Shown in pieces: positions 47,166-58,350 of a DNA stretch of 60,125 nucleotides. Position 1 is the first letter of the stretch, and each line of letters opens with the position of its first letter. Source of the stretch: a virus (taxonomy: Duplodnaviria; Caudoviricetes); the IMG/VR virus record IMGVR_UViG_3300044626_000224, positions 1-60,125 of that record; one strand, 5' to 3'. A model generated the notes under the pieces. The model searched no databases. It saw only the letters and a program-made list of their open reading frames with translations, and was not told the DNA's origin. The translations under genes were made by a program, and so were the position numbers.

Positions 47166-48449
47166 ATGGCAGACACAAACGACACAGCAGACGTAATCGC
47201 GGAACTGAAATCCAAACCTCAAGTCCCGATTAAAGGTAACACATCTGACTTCCTAAAGAAGTTCAGCAAACAACAAGCCGACGAGGGTAAGCCAAGTGCT
47301 ACCAATGTTGGTGATCCTAACCTTGGAATAGCAAAATACAATGAAGAAGAACCACCAGAAGAAGTGGCGGGAGTTACCGAAGCTGAAATCACATCTGACC
47401 GAACAGGAAAAAAGAAAGGTTTCGTTGAGCGACAAATCGAAGAAAACCGCAAGCTCAAAGAAGAACTTGAGAAATACAAGAAAGATGAAATCCCCAAGTT
47501 TGAAACCAAAATCCAAGAACTTGAGCGAATGGTCTCCGAGTCAACATCGACTAAAGAAGCCAACCACTACCAAGAACAACTCAACAAAGCCAACCAAGAA
47601 AAGTTGGAAGTTGAGCAACAACTATCAGAACAAATCAAAGACCTTCGGGGCAAGCTGGACTTCCACGACATCACAAGTAATCCAGATTTCAAAAAGACTT
47701 ACCTCGATCCTATCAAAAGCACCTACGATACTGCGCGACAATTGTTATCGAATGATCCAACTCTTCTTTCGACATTCTCCCGTGCTGTCAATGCAAATTC
47801 CTCCATCTTCAATGCGACCTCCGAAGAGGATCGTAGAGCGGCAGAAACCGACCGCGACCAAGCGTTCGAGGAAATCACGAACTCGCTCTCGCAGTTCAAG
47901 CAATACCAGTTCGCGGAGCAAGTCAACAGCTTCATCAAAGCAACTCAAGGACATCACGCTGCTCTTGTCAACTTTGAAGAAACCAAGCAGAATATCCTTC
48001 AAACCGCTAAACAAAAAGAACAAGAAGGCAGGAACAAGTATCTGAACCAGTGGCGTGAGGGCTACAAGAATACTCAGCAAGAGATTGATCGTGCGACTGA
48101 AATCCCAGATACAATTGCTGACTACATGAAGGAGAAGGGAATCAAGTATGACATCTCCCGCGACGAGGCTATTGCTCTGGCAGCTACACAACAGACCAAT
48201 GAGCAGGCATCAGTTGAAGACATGAACCGACTGATCCACCAAGGCCGCGCCTATCAGAAGATTCAAGCACAACTGAAAGCATACCAAGAGATGGTAAAAG
48301 AGAAAGACGATTACATCGCGCAACTGAAAGGTTCGTCGCGCATCTCGTCATCATCAAGTGCATCGGATTCCCAGAAACCAAGAATGAGCATCACGGAAGG
48401 ACTGGCTGCTAAACTTGCGAAGTTCTCACCGCAAGGTCGAACAGCATAA
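47166..48449 (+). CDS. Capsid scaffolding protein
   Basis: Highly charged coiled coil directly upstream of major capsid gene. Confidence 0.65.
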   Translation: MADTNDTADVIAELKSKPQVPIKGNTSDFLKKFSKQQADEGKPSATNVGDPNLGIAKYNEEEPPEEVAGVTEAEITSDRTGKKKGFVERQIEENRKLKEELEKYKKDEIPKFETKIQELERMVSESTSTKEANHYQEQLNKANQEKLEVEQQLSEQIKDLRGKLDFHDITSNPDFKKTYLDPIKSTYDTARQLLSNDPTLLSTFSRAVNANSSIFNATSEEDRRAAETDRDQAFEEITNSLSQFKQYQFAEQVNSFIKATQGHHAALVNFEETKQNILQTAKQKEQEGRNKYLNQWREGYKNTQQEIDRATEIPDTIADYMKEKGIKYDISRDEAIALAATQQTNEQASVEDMNRLIHQGRAYQKIQAQLKAYQEMVKEKDDYIAQLKGSSRISSSSSASDSQKPRMSITEGLAAKLAKFSPQGRTA

Positions 48450-48478
48450 GCCTTACATTCTTGAGTCTGGTCATAGAC

Positions 48479-48521
48479 GGGGGAGGTAGTTTGGTATGAC
48501 TACCTCCCCCAAACTTTTTTT
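48479..48521 (+). terminator. Rho-independent terminator
   Basis: GGGGGAGGTAGT...ACTACCTCCCCC followed by AAAC and a T-run. Confidence 0.7.
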
Positions 48522-48777
48522 AAAAATATCGCTTGACATACTAAATAGGTGATTGCAATGTCCCGAAAAGAGAAATCCGAAAGTTATCGTTTACGATAAT
48601 TATTAGGGATTCAGCCGCACTCTGGCTGGCGAGTTTTCGACCTCGCATGAAAAACGATTTCTGGACAGATAAAAACTCTGGGTTGAGTCCAGCAGAGGAA
48701 ACCAAGCACTCGCTTGCTATTCCTCATGGTGTAGTTTGCGGTGCAAAACTAAACCAAAACCAAAATCAAATAAATCA

Positions 48778-50187
48778 ATGAGCGATCAACTCTACTTCAA
48801 TAGTTGTGCCGAGATTGACAGTTTCTTCCGCGAGGGCCGCGAATATTTCAACGACCTCTATGTGAAGAAGCTTGTCACCAACTCTGCATATTTCACCCGT
48901 TTCGAGGAGCAAGCATGGCCCTTGAACCACACAACCGAACAGAAAGCATTCCGCTTTGGCCGTGGATTCCACGATCCTTGCGCTCCTTTCCGCACGATTA
49001 CCGACACCTACTGCGAGACTGATTCTTGCGATAGCAAACCCGAAGTCATCCAACGCCCCGGCACTGAGAGCTACACTTTCGAGCTTCTCCGTAAAGAGAT
49101 GACCACTGACTGGATTTGCGTTGAGAGCTTGCTCTATCGCCTCTTCCCCGCTGAAGAGATTCTCCAGTTTGAGGAGTCGAATGCCCGTATCACCAAGAAC
49201 GTCCACGAAGAGTTCCTTCGCTCCAACTACATCGGTGGTTCTGGACACAAATGGATGGGCATCACCACGGATGACGGAACCTACTGCGGTTTGGTCGATG
49301 ACCAAGCATGGTTCGTTCCAGAGCATACGCTCAACAACGAAGCTGGCTACGACCTCTGCGCTCTTCGCGTTAAGATGGCTCCAGCCGACCTCAACAAGAT
49401 CGCTTATCTCTCGCTTGATATGCTCGACGATGCTCTCGTTGACCTTCAAGACGAAGATGACGCTTTCCGCCTTGATCTCCAAGACGCGACTGGTCAGCCT
49501 CTGCTCGACATCGTTATCCCCGATCCTCAAGTTGGCCGTGCGCTTTACTTCCAAGCCAAGCGCAACAATGGTTACTGGGATGCTAACACGGATTTCGACG
49601 AACGCCTCACCCGTCTGAAACTCGGCATCAATCGTATCATCGGCGACTACGCCTTCGGTTACGACATCAACGCCGCTCGTTTCAACGCTGACACTGCCTT
49701 CAACGCAAGCCTCGCTCCATTCAATGAAGCTGATCCTGCGACATGGGCACGTCTCGTTCGCGTTCCTCGTTACATCAAGGTTGTCCAAGAAAACGGCTGC
49801 TCCTATGTTCCTAACCGCGCTTACCGCAATGCCGACTTCGGTATCTCGGTTGCTATGGTGAACAAAGCAATGTGCAAATGGACAATGCCATCCTCGACTG
49901 GATACGGCCAAGCCCAACAAATGACCCAGAACTACGCTGGTGATTGGGAATGGAAGAACCCAGATTGGGAGTGCAACCGCTGGCGCAAATCGGGCTTCTA
50001 TCAAGCTCAGTTCCGTCTCGCCGCACAGGTTAAAGACCCAACCATCATGCACTCGTTCCTGCATCGCCTGCCACAAAGCAAGAGCCTCTATGGTTCCTGC
50101 TGCGAGGTTCAGAGCTACATCGTTCCTGAAAACAATCAGGACTGCTATAGCTGCGCTGGTGTGGGTGACATCGTTGTGCCTTCCTAA
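48778..50187 (+). CDS. Major capsid protein
   Basis: 469 aa from ATG 48778; strong C/T-ending codon bias; follows scaffold; hairpin at 50196-50223 downstream. Confidence 0.75.
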   Translation: MSDQLYFNSCAEIDSFFREGREYFNDLYVKKLVTNSAYFTRFEEQAWPLNHTTEQKAFRFGRGFHDPCAPFRTITDTYCETDSCDSKPEVIQRPGTESYTFELLRKEMTTDWICVESLLYRLFPAEEILQFEESNARITKNVHEEFLRSNYIGGSGHKWMGITTDDGTYCGLVDDQAWFVPEHTLNNEAGYDLCALRVKMAPADLNKIAYLSLDMLDDALVDLQDEDDAFRLDLQDATGQPLLDIVIPDPQVGRALYFQAKRNNGYWDANTDFDERLTRLKLGINRIIGDYAFGYDINAARFNADTAFNASLAPFNEADPATWARLVRVPRYIKVVQENGCSYVPNRAYRNADFGISVAMVNKAMCKWTMPSSTGYGQAQQMTQNYAGDWEWKNPDWECNRWRKSGFYQAQFRLAAQVKDPTIMHSFLHRLPQSKSLYGSCCEVQSYIVPENNQDCYSCAGVGDIVVPS

Positions 50188-50247
50188 GTTAAATAGGGGA
50201 GGGGCTTATTCAAGCCTCTCCCCACAACCTTAAATAAAATACAAAAT

Positions 50248-50862
50248 ATGTCTAATTCACGACCACTCGCTTATGATCGCGTCAACTTGTTTGGCCCGAT
50301 TGCTGTTAACCTCCTCGCTACTGGAGACGCTGACCTCCTCGTTCTTAACGACGAAGATACCAAGTTCTTTCCAACAAGCATCGTTTTGGAAACTGCCTAC
50401 GCTCGCGGAACCACTGCCACCGATCCAGTTGTGATCGTTGATAACGGAACCACTGGCGAAAACATCACTTCCTCGCTGACCATCACGGACGCTCTTGATA
50501 ACCAAGGCCGCTACAATCCTCTCGCGCTTGTTGCTAATCCTTTTGTTATCACTGGTTCCCGCAAACTCCGCTTGCTGAAAAGCACAGTTGGAGCTGGTCA
50601 AGCTACCGCAACTCGTTCCCGCACTTCGGGCGTTGCTACAATCGTTACTGGTGCTGCTCATGGTTTTACCACGGGTGATGTCATTACGATTGCCAGCATG
50701 ACCGACACTACGTTCAATGATTTGCAAGCTGAAGTTACTGTCGTTGACTCGACTACATTCACCTACGCAAACGCTGGCGTAAATGTTGCTTCCGGTGCTG
50801 ATACCGCTGGACGTGTTGGCGCACTTTATGTGAATGCCTACGTTGTTGGCATCTACTACTAA
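50248..50862 (+). CDS. Putative capsid decoration / structural protein
   Basis: Same codon bias as MCP; ATIVT.AAHGF.TGD.ITI....TFTY beta-barrel motif. Confidence 0.55.
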   Translation: MSNSRPLAYDRVNLFGPIAVNLLATGDADLLVLNDEDTKFFPTSIVLETAYARGTTATDPVVIVDNGTTGENITSSLTITDALDNQGRYNPLALVANPFVITGSRKLRLLKSTVGAGQATATRSRTSGVATIVTGAAHGFTTGDVITIASMTDTTFNDLQAEVTVVDSTTFTYANAGVNVASGADTAGRVGALYVNAYVVGIYY

Positions 50863-50918
50863 ACCTCAACCTTGGGTGGGGAAGTAAATACTTCCTCACC
50901 CTTACCCTTTTCTAAATT

Positions 50919-51465
50919 ATGGCTTGTTTCACATCTCTTCCTTACCGCGATAAAACTTATCCATTTCTTCAAACTATTTTTGCTGCCACTGAACTTACTC
51001 CCATTTCTTTTGGGTGTTATGATGCAGCGACTGATGCCTCCAAGCTCTATCAGTTCTATCTTGGCTTCGCAACCATCGGCGGCCTTACCCCAGTTACTGA
51101 AAACTGCTTTGTGCAAAAAACTGAAGACCAGCAATACTATCTCACTAACGAAGCTCTTGCTGCTGCTCTTGCTTAATTATCGTAACCGATAAAATATTAT
51201 GGCACTCACTCAACCCTGCTTTACCAATCTAACTCCAGATCAACAGAATTTCAATATCTATGAATCTCTGAAAGAGATTGCGGGGTTTGAGATTCCTGCC
51301 TACGATCAGATTGACATTAGTTACTATGGTTCGACTAACAATATTGCCACTGTGCAGTATCTAAAAGACGGAACTCCAGTTGCAACGCTAACCCTTGCTT
51401 ACGCTATCCAGCCTCCAGTTACTAACGATGCGAATCTTACAACTGTGTCTGTAGCTTACCCATAA
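50919..51465 (+). CDS. Two small structural proteins (50919-51176, 51199-51465)
   Basis: Both carry CF..L/K..DQQ/DK-type motifs; located in head module. Confidence 0.55.
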
Positions 51466-51468
51466 TAT

Positions 51469-53400
51469 ATGGCACTTACATTTAATCCTTTTACTGGTAA
51501 ACTTGATTTTACCGGAAGTTCAGCAACCGCTGGAATTGGCGCAACAGGAGCCACTGGCCCAAGTGGTGGCCCGACAGGAGCTACCGGAATTCAGGGCAGC
51601 ACAGGCGCGACAGGCTCTGGAAGCACCGGGGCAACTGGTTTAGTTGGCGCGACAGGTGCTACAGGAACCTCTGGTGGACAAGGTAGCACAGGAGCCACTG
51701 GTTTGTCTGGCAATGACGGAGCTACAGGAAGCACAGGCGCGACTGGGTTAAGTGGAAACGATGGTGCGACTGGAGCCACGGGTATTGCTGGGGCAGATGG
51801 AGCTACAGGATCGACCGGGGCTACGGGCGTTGCTGGCGCGGATGGTGCTACAGGAAGCACTGGAGCCACTGGAGCCGCAGGTAACGATGGTGCTACAGGA
51901 GCTACTGGCGTAGGTGCAAGCGGAGCTACGGGAGCTACAGGTTTGCAAGGTGCTACAGGTTTGACAGGTGCTGGTGGAGCGTCTGGTTTTTACGGATCAT
52001 ATTTTAGCAATGTTGATCAAACTGCTGCCGTTATTAATACTGCATATGCAATGACAGTAAATAATGTCATTGGACAAAATGGTATTTCAGTAGTTAGTGG
52101 ATCACAAATTACTTTTACAAGTTCGGGAACATACGACATTCAATTCTCCGCTCAATTGCATAACAATGGTGGTGGAGGTGGCGGCGATATTGTTCAAATT
52201 TGGTTCCGTAAAAATGGAACTGATATTCCAGATTCTGCTACTCGCGTATCTGTTCCAACAAATAATCCATATGTGGTTGCTGCGTGGGACTTCATGGATA
52301 ATTTTGCCGCTGGAGACAATTTCCAGATCATGTGGTCAACTAACAATACCAATATTGGTATTGACCACAATACAGCAACTGCACCAGCACCGAATATTCC
52401 ATCTGTAATTATTTCAGTAATGCAGGTGATGTATAACCAGCTTGGGCCTCAAGGCGCAACTGGCGTTCAAGGTGCAACAGGCGTTGGAGCAACGGGTAGC
52501 ACTGGGGCAACTGGGGTTGGAGCGACTGGAGCAACTGGAGTTGGAGAGCAAGGCGCAACCGGAGCGACTGGCGGAACGATTTCTCCACAAATTGACCGAT
52601 TCGTAGGTGCTGGCACATGGACAAAACCCGCAGGCGCAAAACAAGTTGTAGTTGAATGCGTTGGTGGTGGTGGCGGTGGTGGCAGAGGAATTCTTGTTGC
52701 CGCTGGAGCTTCCGTGTCTGGTGGTGCTGGAGGAGGTAGTGGTGGCTTTACAAGGGTATTGGTAAATGCAGTAGATTTAACAGATGCAACATATACAGTA
52801 ACAGTTGGTTCTGGTGGGTCTGGAGGAACCACGGGAAATGCAACAGCAGGAACTCCGTCAAATGTAAGCGGATCAACTTTAGGTGTTTTTGTAAACGCTA
52901 ACGGAGGAGGCGCTGCGGGGATTGGAACAGCGGGAGGCACATCAACTGCGGGTGTGCCCGGTGCGCCTGCTGGAAATATAGGAGGTTCTGGAAACATAAC
53001 TGCCGCTGGAGGAAGTGGATCAGGACAAAGTTACGCCCCGTCAGCTGGTGGTGCTGGAGGCGGATGTTCAATAACAACTCCATTTAACGGAGGAACGGGT
53101 GGAGCAGCGCAGTTTATTTCGGGCGGAACTGGGGTTGGCGGAATTGCCTCAACTACTGGCAATGGAGGGAATGGAGCAGCTGTTACCCCTCGCGCAATAC
53201 CATCGCTCGTAATCAATGGTAGTGGAGGCGGTGGCGGTGGGGCATCTACATTTGCTGGAGCAAGTGGCGGAGCAGGAGCAAGTGCCACTGGGTTTGGTTG
53301 TGGCGGTGGCGGTGGAGGATCGGTATCTGCTGCAACAGGAACTGGTGGCAACGGAGGTAATGGCGCACCCGGAATTGTAATGATTACAACTTACTTCTAA
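51469..53400 (+). CDS. Collagen-like / glycine-rich fibre protein
   Basis: [10 protein letters not shown]-terminus, GAT repeats, C1q-like middle domain, [18 protein letters not shown] Gly-rich domain. Confidence 0.8.
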   Translation: MALTFNPFTGKLDFTGSSATAGIGATGATGPSGGPTGATGIQGSTGATGSGSTGATGLVGATGATGTSGGQGSTGATGLSGNDGATGSTGATGLSGNDGATGATGIAGADGATGSTGATGVAGADGATGSTGATGAAGNDGATGATGVGASGATGATGLQGATGLTGAGGASGFYGSYFSNVDQTAAVINTAYAMTVNNVIGQNGISVVSGSQITFTSSGTYDIQFSAQLHNNGGGGGGDIVQIWFRKNGTDIPDSATRVSVPTNNPYVVAAWDFMDNFAAGDNFQIMWSTNNTNIGIDHNTATAPAPNIPSVIISVMQVMYNQLGPQGATGVQGATGVGATGSTGATGVGATGATGVGEQGATGATGGTISPQIDRFVGAGTWTKPAGAKQVVVECVGGGGGGGRGILVAAGASVSGGAGGGSGGFTRVLVNAVDLTDATYTVTVGSGGSGGTTGNATAGTPSNVSGSTLGVFVNANGGGAAGIGTAGGTSTAGVPGAPAGNIGGSGNITAAGGSGSGQSYAPSAGGAGGGCSITTPFNGGTGGAAQFISGGTGVGGIASTTGNGGNGAAVTPRAIPSLVINGSGGGGGGASTFAGASGGAGASATGFGCGGGGGGSVSAATGTGGNGGNGAPGIVMITTYF

Positions 53401-53401
53401 A

Positions 53402-53566
53402 ATGGAAATCGACGACTGGGCAATAATTAACAAAGAAGGAAATTTCGTAGAAATGGTCATCCGATGGGATGGCAATACGGAAACTTGGCCTTTGCCAGAA
53501 GGCACATATGCAGTTAAGCGAAGCGAATTAGATTATTCAACGATCAACGAGAAACCACAAGAATGA
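53402..53566 (+). CDS. Small fibre-associated protein (54 aa), not in ORF track
   Basis: WAII...G..V..VI.WDG...W..PEG pattern, typical after Gly-rich fibre genes. Confidence 0.55.
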   Translation: MEIDDWAIINKEGNFVEMVIRWDGNTETWPLPEGTYAVKRSELDYSTINEKPQE

Positions 53567-53739
53567 ACGATAATACGACACTCACAGGCATTTTGGGAAC
53601 CACCACAAGTTTTACTGGTTTTATGGTTTCTATGATGCCACACATTGAAACTGGATTGCGAGTGAGCGGATTGTTTGTTTCTCTTATTGCGGGGCTTCTC
53701 ACAGCAGTTTATATGTTCAACAAAATCCGTAAACAATGA
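53563..53739 (+). CDS. Holin-like membrane protein (58 aa), not in ORF track
   Basis: Two hydrophobic segments, basic C-terminus KIRKQ; ATGA overlaps. Confidence 0.55.
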   Translation: MNDNTTLTGILGTTTSFTGFMVSMMPHIETGLRVSGLFVSLIAGLLTAVYMFNKIRKQ

Positions 53740-53894
53740 ACCCTAAACAAATCGCACTTGGACTAATTTTGATCTCGCTTGCATTTTTTGCAATGGCATT
53801 CTTGACTGGTTGCTCTACACTTGGAGTATCTTTTGAAACACAATATGGTAGGTTCACTTATGAACTTCCCGAACCGAAAGGAACAAAAAAATGA
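53736..53894 (+). CDS. Small lipoprotein, spanin candidate (52 aa), not in ORF track
   Basis: Signal peptide with lipobox LTG-C. Confidence 0.6.
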   Translation: MNPKQIALGLILISLAFFAMAFLTGCSTLGVSFETQYGRFTYELPEPKGTKK

Positions 53895-54061
53895 AACTAA
53901 ACGATTGGAAAACAACACTTCTTGGAGTATTTACGATTATTGCAGCAGTTGCTGACGCAGGTAAAGAATTTTTGGCTAACGGCACACTGGGCGATATCGG
54001 CTTGCTATTTGCTGCTGTTACCGCAGGAGTTGGTCTTATCCTCGCCAAAGATTCTAAATAA
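53891..54061 (+). CDS. Holin-like protein (56 aa), not in ORF track
   Basis: WKTTLLG...GVGLILAKD, two TM segments; stop overlaps endolysin ATG. Confidence 0.65.
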   Translation: MKLNDWKTTLLGVFTIIAAVADAGKEFLANGTLGDIGLLFAAVTAGVGLILAKDSK

Positions 54062-54603
54062 TGGTTCCGAATTCCAGACCGCAGCAAGCAAAAGAAAAGA
54101 CCCTCGCAATGGTCATCAAAGCGGGGATCGAAGATCGCGTCGCGTTGGTCGGAATTCGTGGATATTATGCAGACTCAATGGGGGTCAAAGGAAAAAATGA
54201 TCGGGGCATCTATGACGATGCGATTATACTATTATCTCCTTCTGTTCATGCTACTTTCAACGCTAATACTGATCCATCAGTTTACAAGAAAGGCATTGCG
54301 GTGCTTAAAACGGGCGTTCATAGATTTCGTAAAGGGAATCACGGCATTAGCAAGCCCGATGGCGGCTATCCAGCGTTGCGACCTGCTAACGCCAAAGAGG
54401 AGTTGCCTGTTACGCGAGACGGCACTGGAGACGATATGGGAATCGCTATCAACATCCATAAGGGCAGTTATAAATCGACTTCAAGCGAAGGATGCCAGAC
54501 GATCTACCCGCCGCAATGGGATGGGTTCATAAACCTCGTCTATTCAGAGATGAATAGATACAACCAAAAGACGATTCCATATCTATTGGTGGAAAACGCT
54601 TGA
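54061..54603 (+). CDS. Putative endolysin, YkuD/L,D-transpeptidase-like Cys peptidase
   Basis: LVGIRG, YDD, NTDPS, INIHKG....TSSEGCQT (H...S.GC); follows holin-like genes. Confidence 0.7.
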   Translation: MVPNSRPQQAKEKTLAMVIKAGIEDRVALVGIRGYYADSMGVKGKNDRGIYDDAIILLSPSVHATFNANTDPSVYKKGIAVLKTGVHRFRKGNHGISKPDGGYPALRPANAKEELPVTRDGTGDDMGIAINIHKGSYKSTSSEGCQTIYPPQWDGFINLVYSEMNRYNQKTIPYLLVENA

Positions 54604-54637
54604 ATTAAAAATCACTTTATCGTAAACGATAATCCAT

Positions 54638-56014
54638 ATGGGAAACTGTAATGAAACTATCATAGTTGCATCTTATGCAAGGTCAGCAAAAGAAAGTGCC
54701 ATCAGCGCGGCTCAATCTGCTTGTCTTGCACAGCAATCCATTGGAGCAAGTGGAGCCACAGGAGCTACTGGAGTCGGAGCTACAGGAGCCACGGGACTTA
54801 CTGGTTCTACTGGCCCATCTGGTGGCCCAACAGGAGCAACTGGAGCCACTGGTCAAGGCTCGACTGGGGCTACAGGCATCTCTGGTATCAACGGAACCAC
54901 AGGGGCTACAGGTCTTCGCGGAGCCACTGGAAGCACAGGAATTCAAGGACAGCAAGGTGCTACAGGATTGCAGGGTTCTACTGGGATTGGCGCATCGGGA
55001 GCTACAGGAGCAACTGGTCAACAAGGGCCGATTGGGCCACAAGGATCAACTGGAATGGTCGGCCCTCGCGGAGCTACAGGTTTGACTGGCCCAATTGGGG
55101 CGAGTGGGTCTGGAGCTACTGGTTCAACTGGAATCGAAGGGCCAACTGGGGCTACGGGATTAGAAGGGGCGACTGGCGAGGGAACTACTGGAGCTACTGG
55201 TGTAGATGGTTCAACTGGAGCCACGGGAGCCACAGGGCCAGAAGGAAGCACTGGGGCTACAGGGATCGGGGCCACAGGCGCAACAGGAATTCAAGGTGCA
55301 ACGGGACTTACTGGGCAATCATCTACTTTTTACAATTACAAAGCTGACACAACTATAACGAGCGGAACCCCTGCAATCAATACATTGTATTGGGATAACG
55401 CTACGCAAACATCTTCTGCTGTTGTAACGCTTTCTCACATTGACGCGCTTGGAAATGACATTGATGTCTTCTTTCCGTTATTCAAAACAAACGATACATT
55501 CATTGTTCAAGACCAAAGCAATTCAACCAATTTCCAAACTTGGAGGATTACCGCTACACCTACTGTTGTTCTTAATAGTTATATTTCAATTCCAGTAACA
55601 CTTGTTACATCTGGAGGAACATCTCAATTCACAAACAATCAGCAATTGATATTTGCAATTGTTACATCTGGATTGACTGGAGCCACGGGATTACAAGGTA
55701 GCACAGGAGCCACTGGAATTGCGGGAGGACAAGGCTCAACGGGCAGCACTGGCATTCAAGGCGGCACTGGAGCTACAGGTATCGGTTCAACTGGAGCAAC
55801 TGGGGTTGGAGCTACAGGTGCTACTGGCCCCTCTGGAAGTGCTGGTGGAGCTACAGGTGCAGGAACTGATGCCATCTTCTTTCTGAATGGACAAACAGTA
55901 AATACATCTTACACAATTCCAGTAGCACAAAACGCTGGTAGTTTTGGCCCAATCACAATTGCGTCTGGTGCTGTAGTAACAGTCCCATCTGGTGGAATAT
56001 GGACTGTGGTGTAA
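54638..56014 (+). CDS. Collagen-like tail fibre protein, variant B
   Basis: Same N-terminus as 158-1279; different middle and C-terminal domains. Confidence 0.8.
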   Translation: MGNCNETIIVASYARSAKESAISAAQSACLAQQSIGASGATGATGVGATGATGLTGSTGPSGGPTGATGATGQGSTGATGISGINGTTGATGLRGATGSTGIQGQQGATGLQGSTGIGASGATGATGQQGPIGPQGSTGMVGPRGATGLTGPIGASGSGATGSTGIEGPTGATGLEGATGEGTTGATGVDGSTGATGATGPEGSTGATGIGATGATGIQGATGLTGQSSTFYNYKADTTITSGTPAINTLYWDNATQTSSAVVTLSHIDALGNDIDVFFPLFKTNDTFIVQDQSNSTNFQTWRITATPTVVLNSYISIPVTLVTSGGTSQFTNNQQLIFAIVTSGLTGATGLQGSTGATGIAGGQGSTGSTGIQGGTGATGIGSTGATGVGATGATGPSGSAGGATGAGTDAIFFLNGQTVNTSYTIPVAQNAGSFGPITIASGAVVTVPSGGIWTVV

Positions 56015-56073
56015 TTTATCAAAAAAATGCTTGCAATGAAAACAATCAACACTATCGTAAACGATAATCAACT

Positions 56074-56718
56074 ATGAGTTGTGGAAATTCCAGAAGTTCT
56101 AAATGCAATCCGTGCGGCCCAAGTGAGGCCGCAATTAATTCTATTGCGGATCGTGCAGCTTACTATGCTCGTATAGCTATAGTTGCTTCGGAGACTGGTG
56201 GCGGTATCCGTTGGGGATATATCGGTGATGGAACTGAAGTTACCTTCAACATTGATGGAGCCGCGACAACCAATAGCGCATCATTCCTTGTAACAATTGA
56301 TGGAGTAGTCCAAGACCCATTGGATTACACAATCACCCAAGGATACCCATATACCATTACAATGAACAATCCCGTCCCGTCTGGTGATGAGATTGTCATT
56401 GTATCATTGAATGGTAAGACTGGTGCAACTGGCCCCGGAGCAGGAGCTACTGGCCCAATAGGGCCAACTGGAGCTACAGGCATTCAAGGCCCAATCGGGC
56501 CGGGTGGTGGTGCTACTGGAGCAACGGGAGCCACTGGGGTAACAGGAATTGGAATTACAGGTGGAGGAACAGATGAAGTATTTTGGGAAAACGATCAAGT
56601 TGTTACTACAAATTACACGATCACCACAAACAAAAATGCGTTTACAGCAGGGCCAATTACAATAAACGCAGGAGTAGTAGTAACAGTGCCATCAAGTTCA
56701 ACATGGACAGTAGTATAA
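56074..56718 (+). CDS. Tail fibre protein, variant B
   Basis: Same N-terminal ~33 aa as 2452-3414. Confidence 0.75.
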   Translation: MSCGNSRSSKCNPCGPSEAAINSIADRAAYYARIAIVASETGGGIRWGYIGDGTEVTFNIDGAATTNSASFLVTIDGVVQDPLDYTITQGYPYTITMNNPVPSGDEIVIVSLNGKTGATGPGAGATGPIGPTGATGIQGPIGPGGGATGATGATGVTGIGITGGGTDEVFWENDQVVTTNYTITTNKNAFTAGPITINAGVVVTVPSSSTWTVV

Positions 56719-56730
56719 AGGATTAAAATT

Positions 56731-58346
56731 ATGCCAGTAACAATTAACGGAACAACAGGAGTAGTAACACCCGGAGCAACCATTGGATCAATCAATGGTA
56801 TTTTGAAATCATCTTCTGGAGTAGTATCGCAAGCAGTAGCTGGACAAGATTATGGACAACTAACTCTCGCAACCGAACAAGCTGCATCTGGAACTTCGGT
56901 TGACTTTACTGGTATTCCTTCGTGGGCAAAACGAATTACTGTAATGCTCAATGGTGTTAGTATTGGTGGAACATCAGCTTTTCTAATACAAATTGGTTCT
57001 GGTTCTTTTACAACATCTGGCTATAAATCTGGTTCTTGCGGTGCGTCAGTCTCATCAAATGTCTCTGTTGGGACAAGCTCAACAGCGGGTTTTACAGTAT
57101 GCAGCCTCTACGCAGCAAGCACAAATAGCGCAATTATTACGTTGGCTCTTTTTTCATCAAATACTTGGGTTGAATCCCATAGTTCTTACACGGTTGGCGG
57201 GGCGTTTACATTTACATTTACTGGTGCTGGAACTCTTGCTTTGGGTGGCACTCTTGATAGATTAAGAATCACGACAACAAACGGCACAGACACATTTGAC
57301 GCTGGAACAATTAACATTTCTTACGAATAACATATGGCAACATCACTCACATTAGAAAACGACTCCAGCCTCGCGCAAGGGTATCTCAAGGTCAATGGCT
57401 CAACTGCCGCCACGCTGACTACGAGTGGCATTACAGGTAACTTGACTGGGAATGTTACTGGTAACGCTGATACTGCTACAAAGTTCTCAACTACGACTGG
57501 TTCTGCTCCTGCTTACGCTTGCCGAGCATGGGTGCATTTTGATGGAACACGCGATACTACTGGCGCAGTTAGCACAGCAAATACAAATCGTCTCATTCGC
57601 GCAAGTGGAAATGTATCGAGCGTTTTGAGAAATTCTGTTGGTAATTATACGATTACATTCACTATTGCGATGACGGATGCGTTTTATTGCCCATCTGGAA
57701 TGTGTTACTATGATAACGCTTCTAATTATTTAGCTATTCCTCTTATTGTAACTTTAAATACTGGTTCATTTAGAGTTATATCTGCTGTTGAAAATTTGAC
57801 AACTGGAGTTGCAGTGCCTCTTGATACATCTGTATTTTCAGTTCAAATCTTTGGAAACTAATCATTATGCCAACAACAATCGACTCCGCAGGAATTACTT
57901 TTAACGATGCAACCTCACTGACGAGTGCTGTGCTTGCAGCTAACTCTGTTGGTGCAACGCAGATTGCTAATGGTTCAGTCACCGCAGTAAAACTTGGAAC
58001 TAACGAGCAGAAGCAGATTTGCAAAGCATGGGTGAATTTTAATGGGACTACATCGCCCGGAACGATCCGCTCCAGCTACAATGTCTCCAGCGTTACGAAG
58101 AATGGAACTGGCGATTATACTGTGAATTTTACAAGTGCGTTGTCTGATGCGAATTATAGTGTTTGCGGCACAGGAAATGGCGTGGTAGGAGGAAGCTCAA
58201 TAACAAGTGGAGGTCTTATTAGTATAAATACAGCTACAACATCAACTCCACTTCAAATTGGATCGGTAAGATTAATTGGCTCAACAAAAGATTTTACAAG
58301 TGCAGCAGATAACTCAATTGTAAATGTCCAAATCTTCGGAAACTAA
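56731..58346 (+). CDS. Three fibre-subunit proteins, variant B only (56731-57330, 57334-57861, 57867-58346)
   Basis: SGTSVDFTGIPSWAKRITV and C(R/K)AWV.F.G...IR.S.NVSSV.....G.YT..F..A..DA.Y motifs of fibre proteins. Confidence 0.7.
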
Positions 58347-58350
58347 TTTT

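Noticed and set aside
48775-50076. 433-aa antisense ORF over the major capsid gene
   Set aside because: Shadow ORF expected from the strong codon bias of the sense gene; no recognisable motifs
51529-55860. GGAGCTACAGGA-like tandem repeats as a DNA repeat element
   Set aside because: Explained by Gly-Ala-Thr collagen coding with variable third positions; the overlapping PVAP-rich antisense ORFs are by-products
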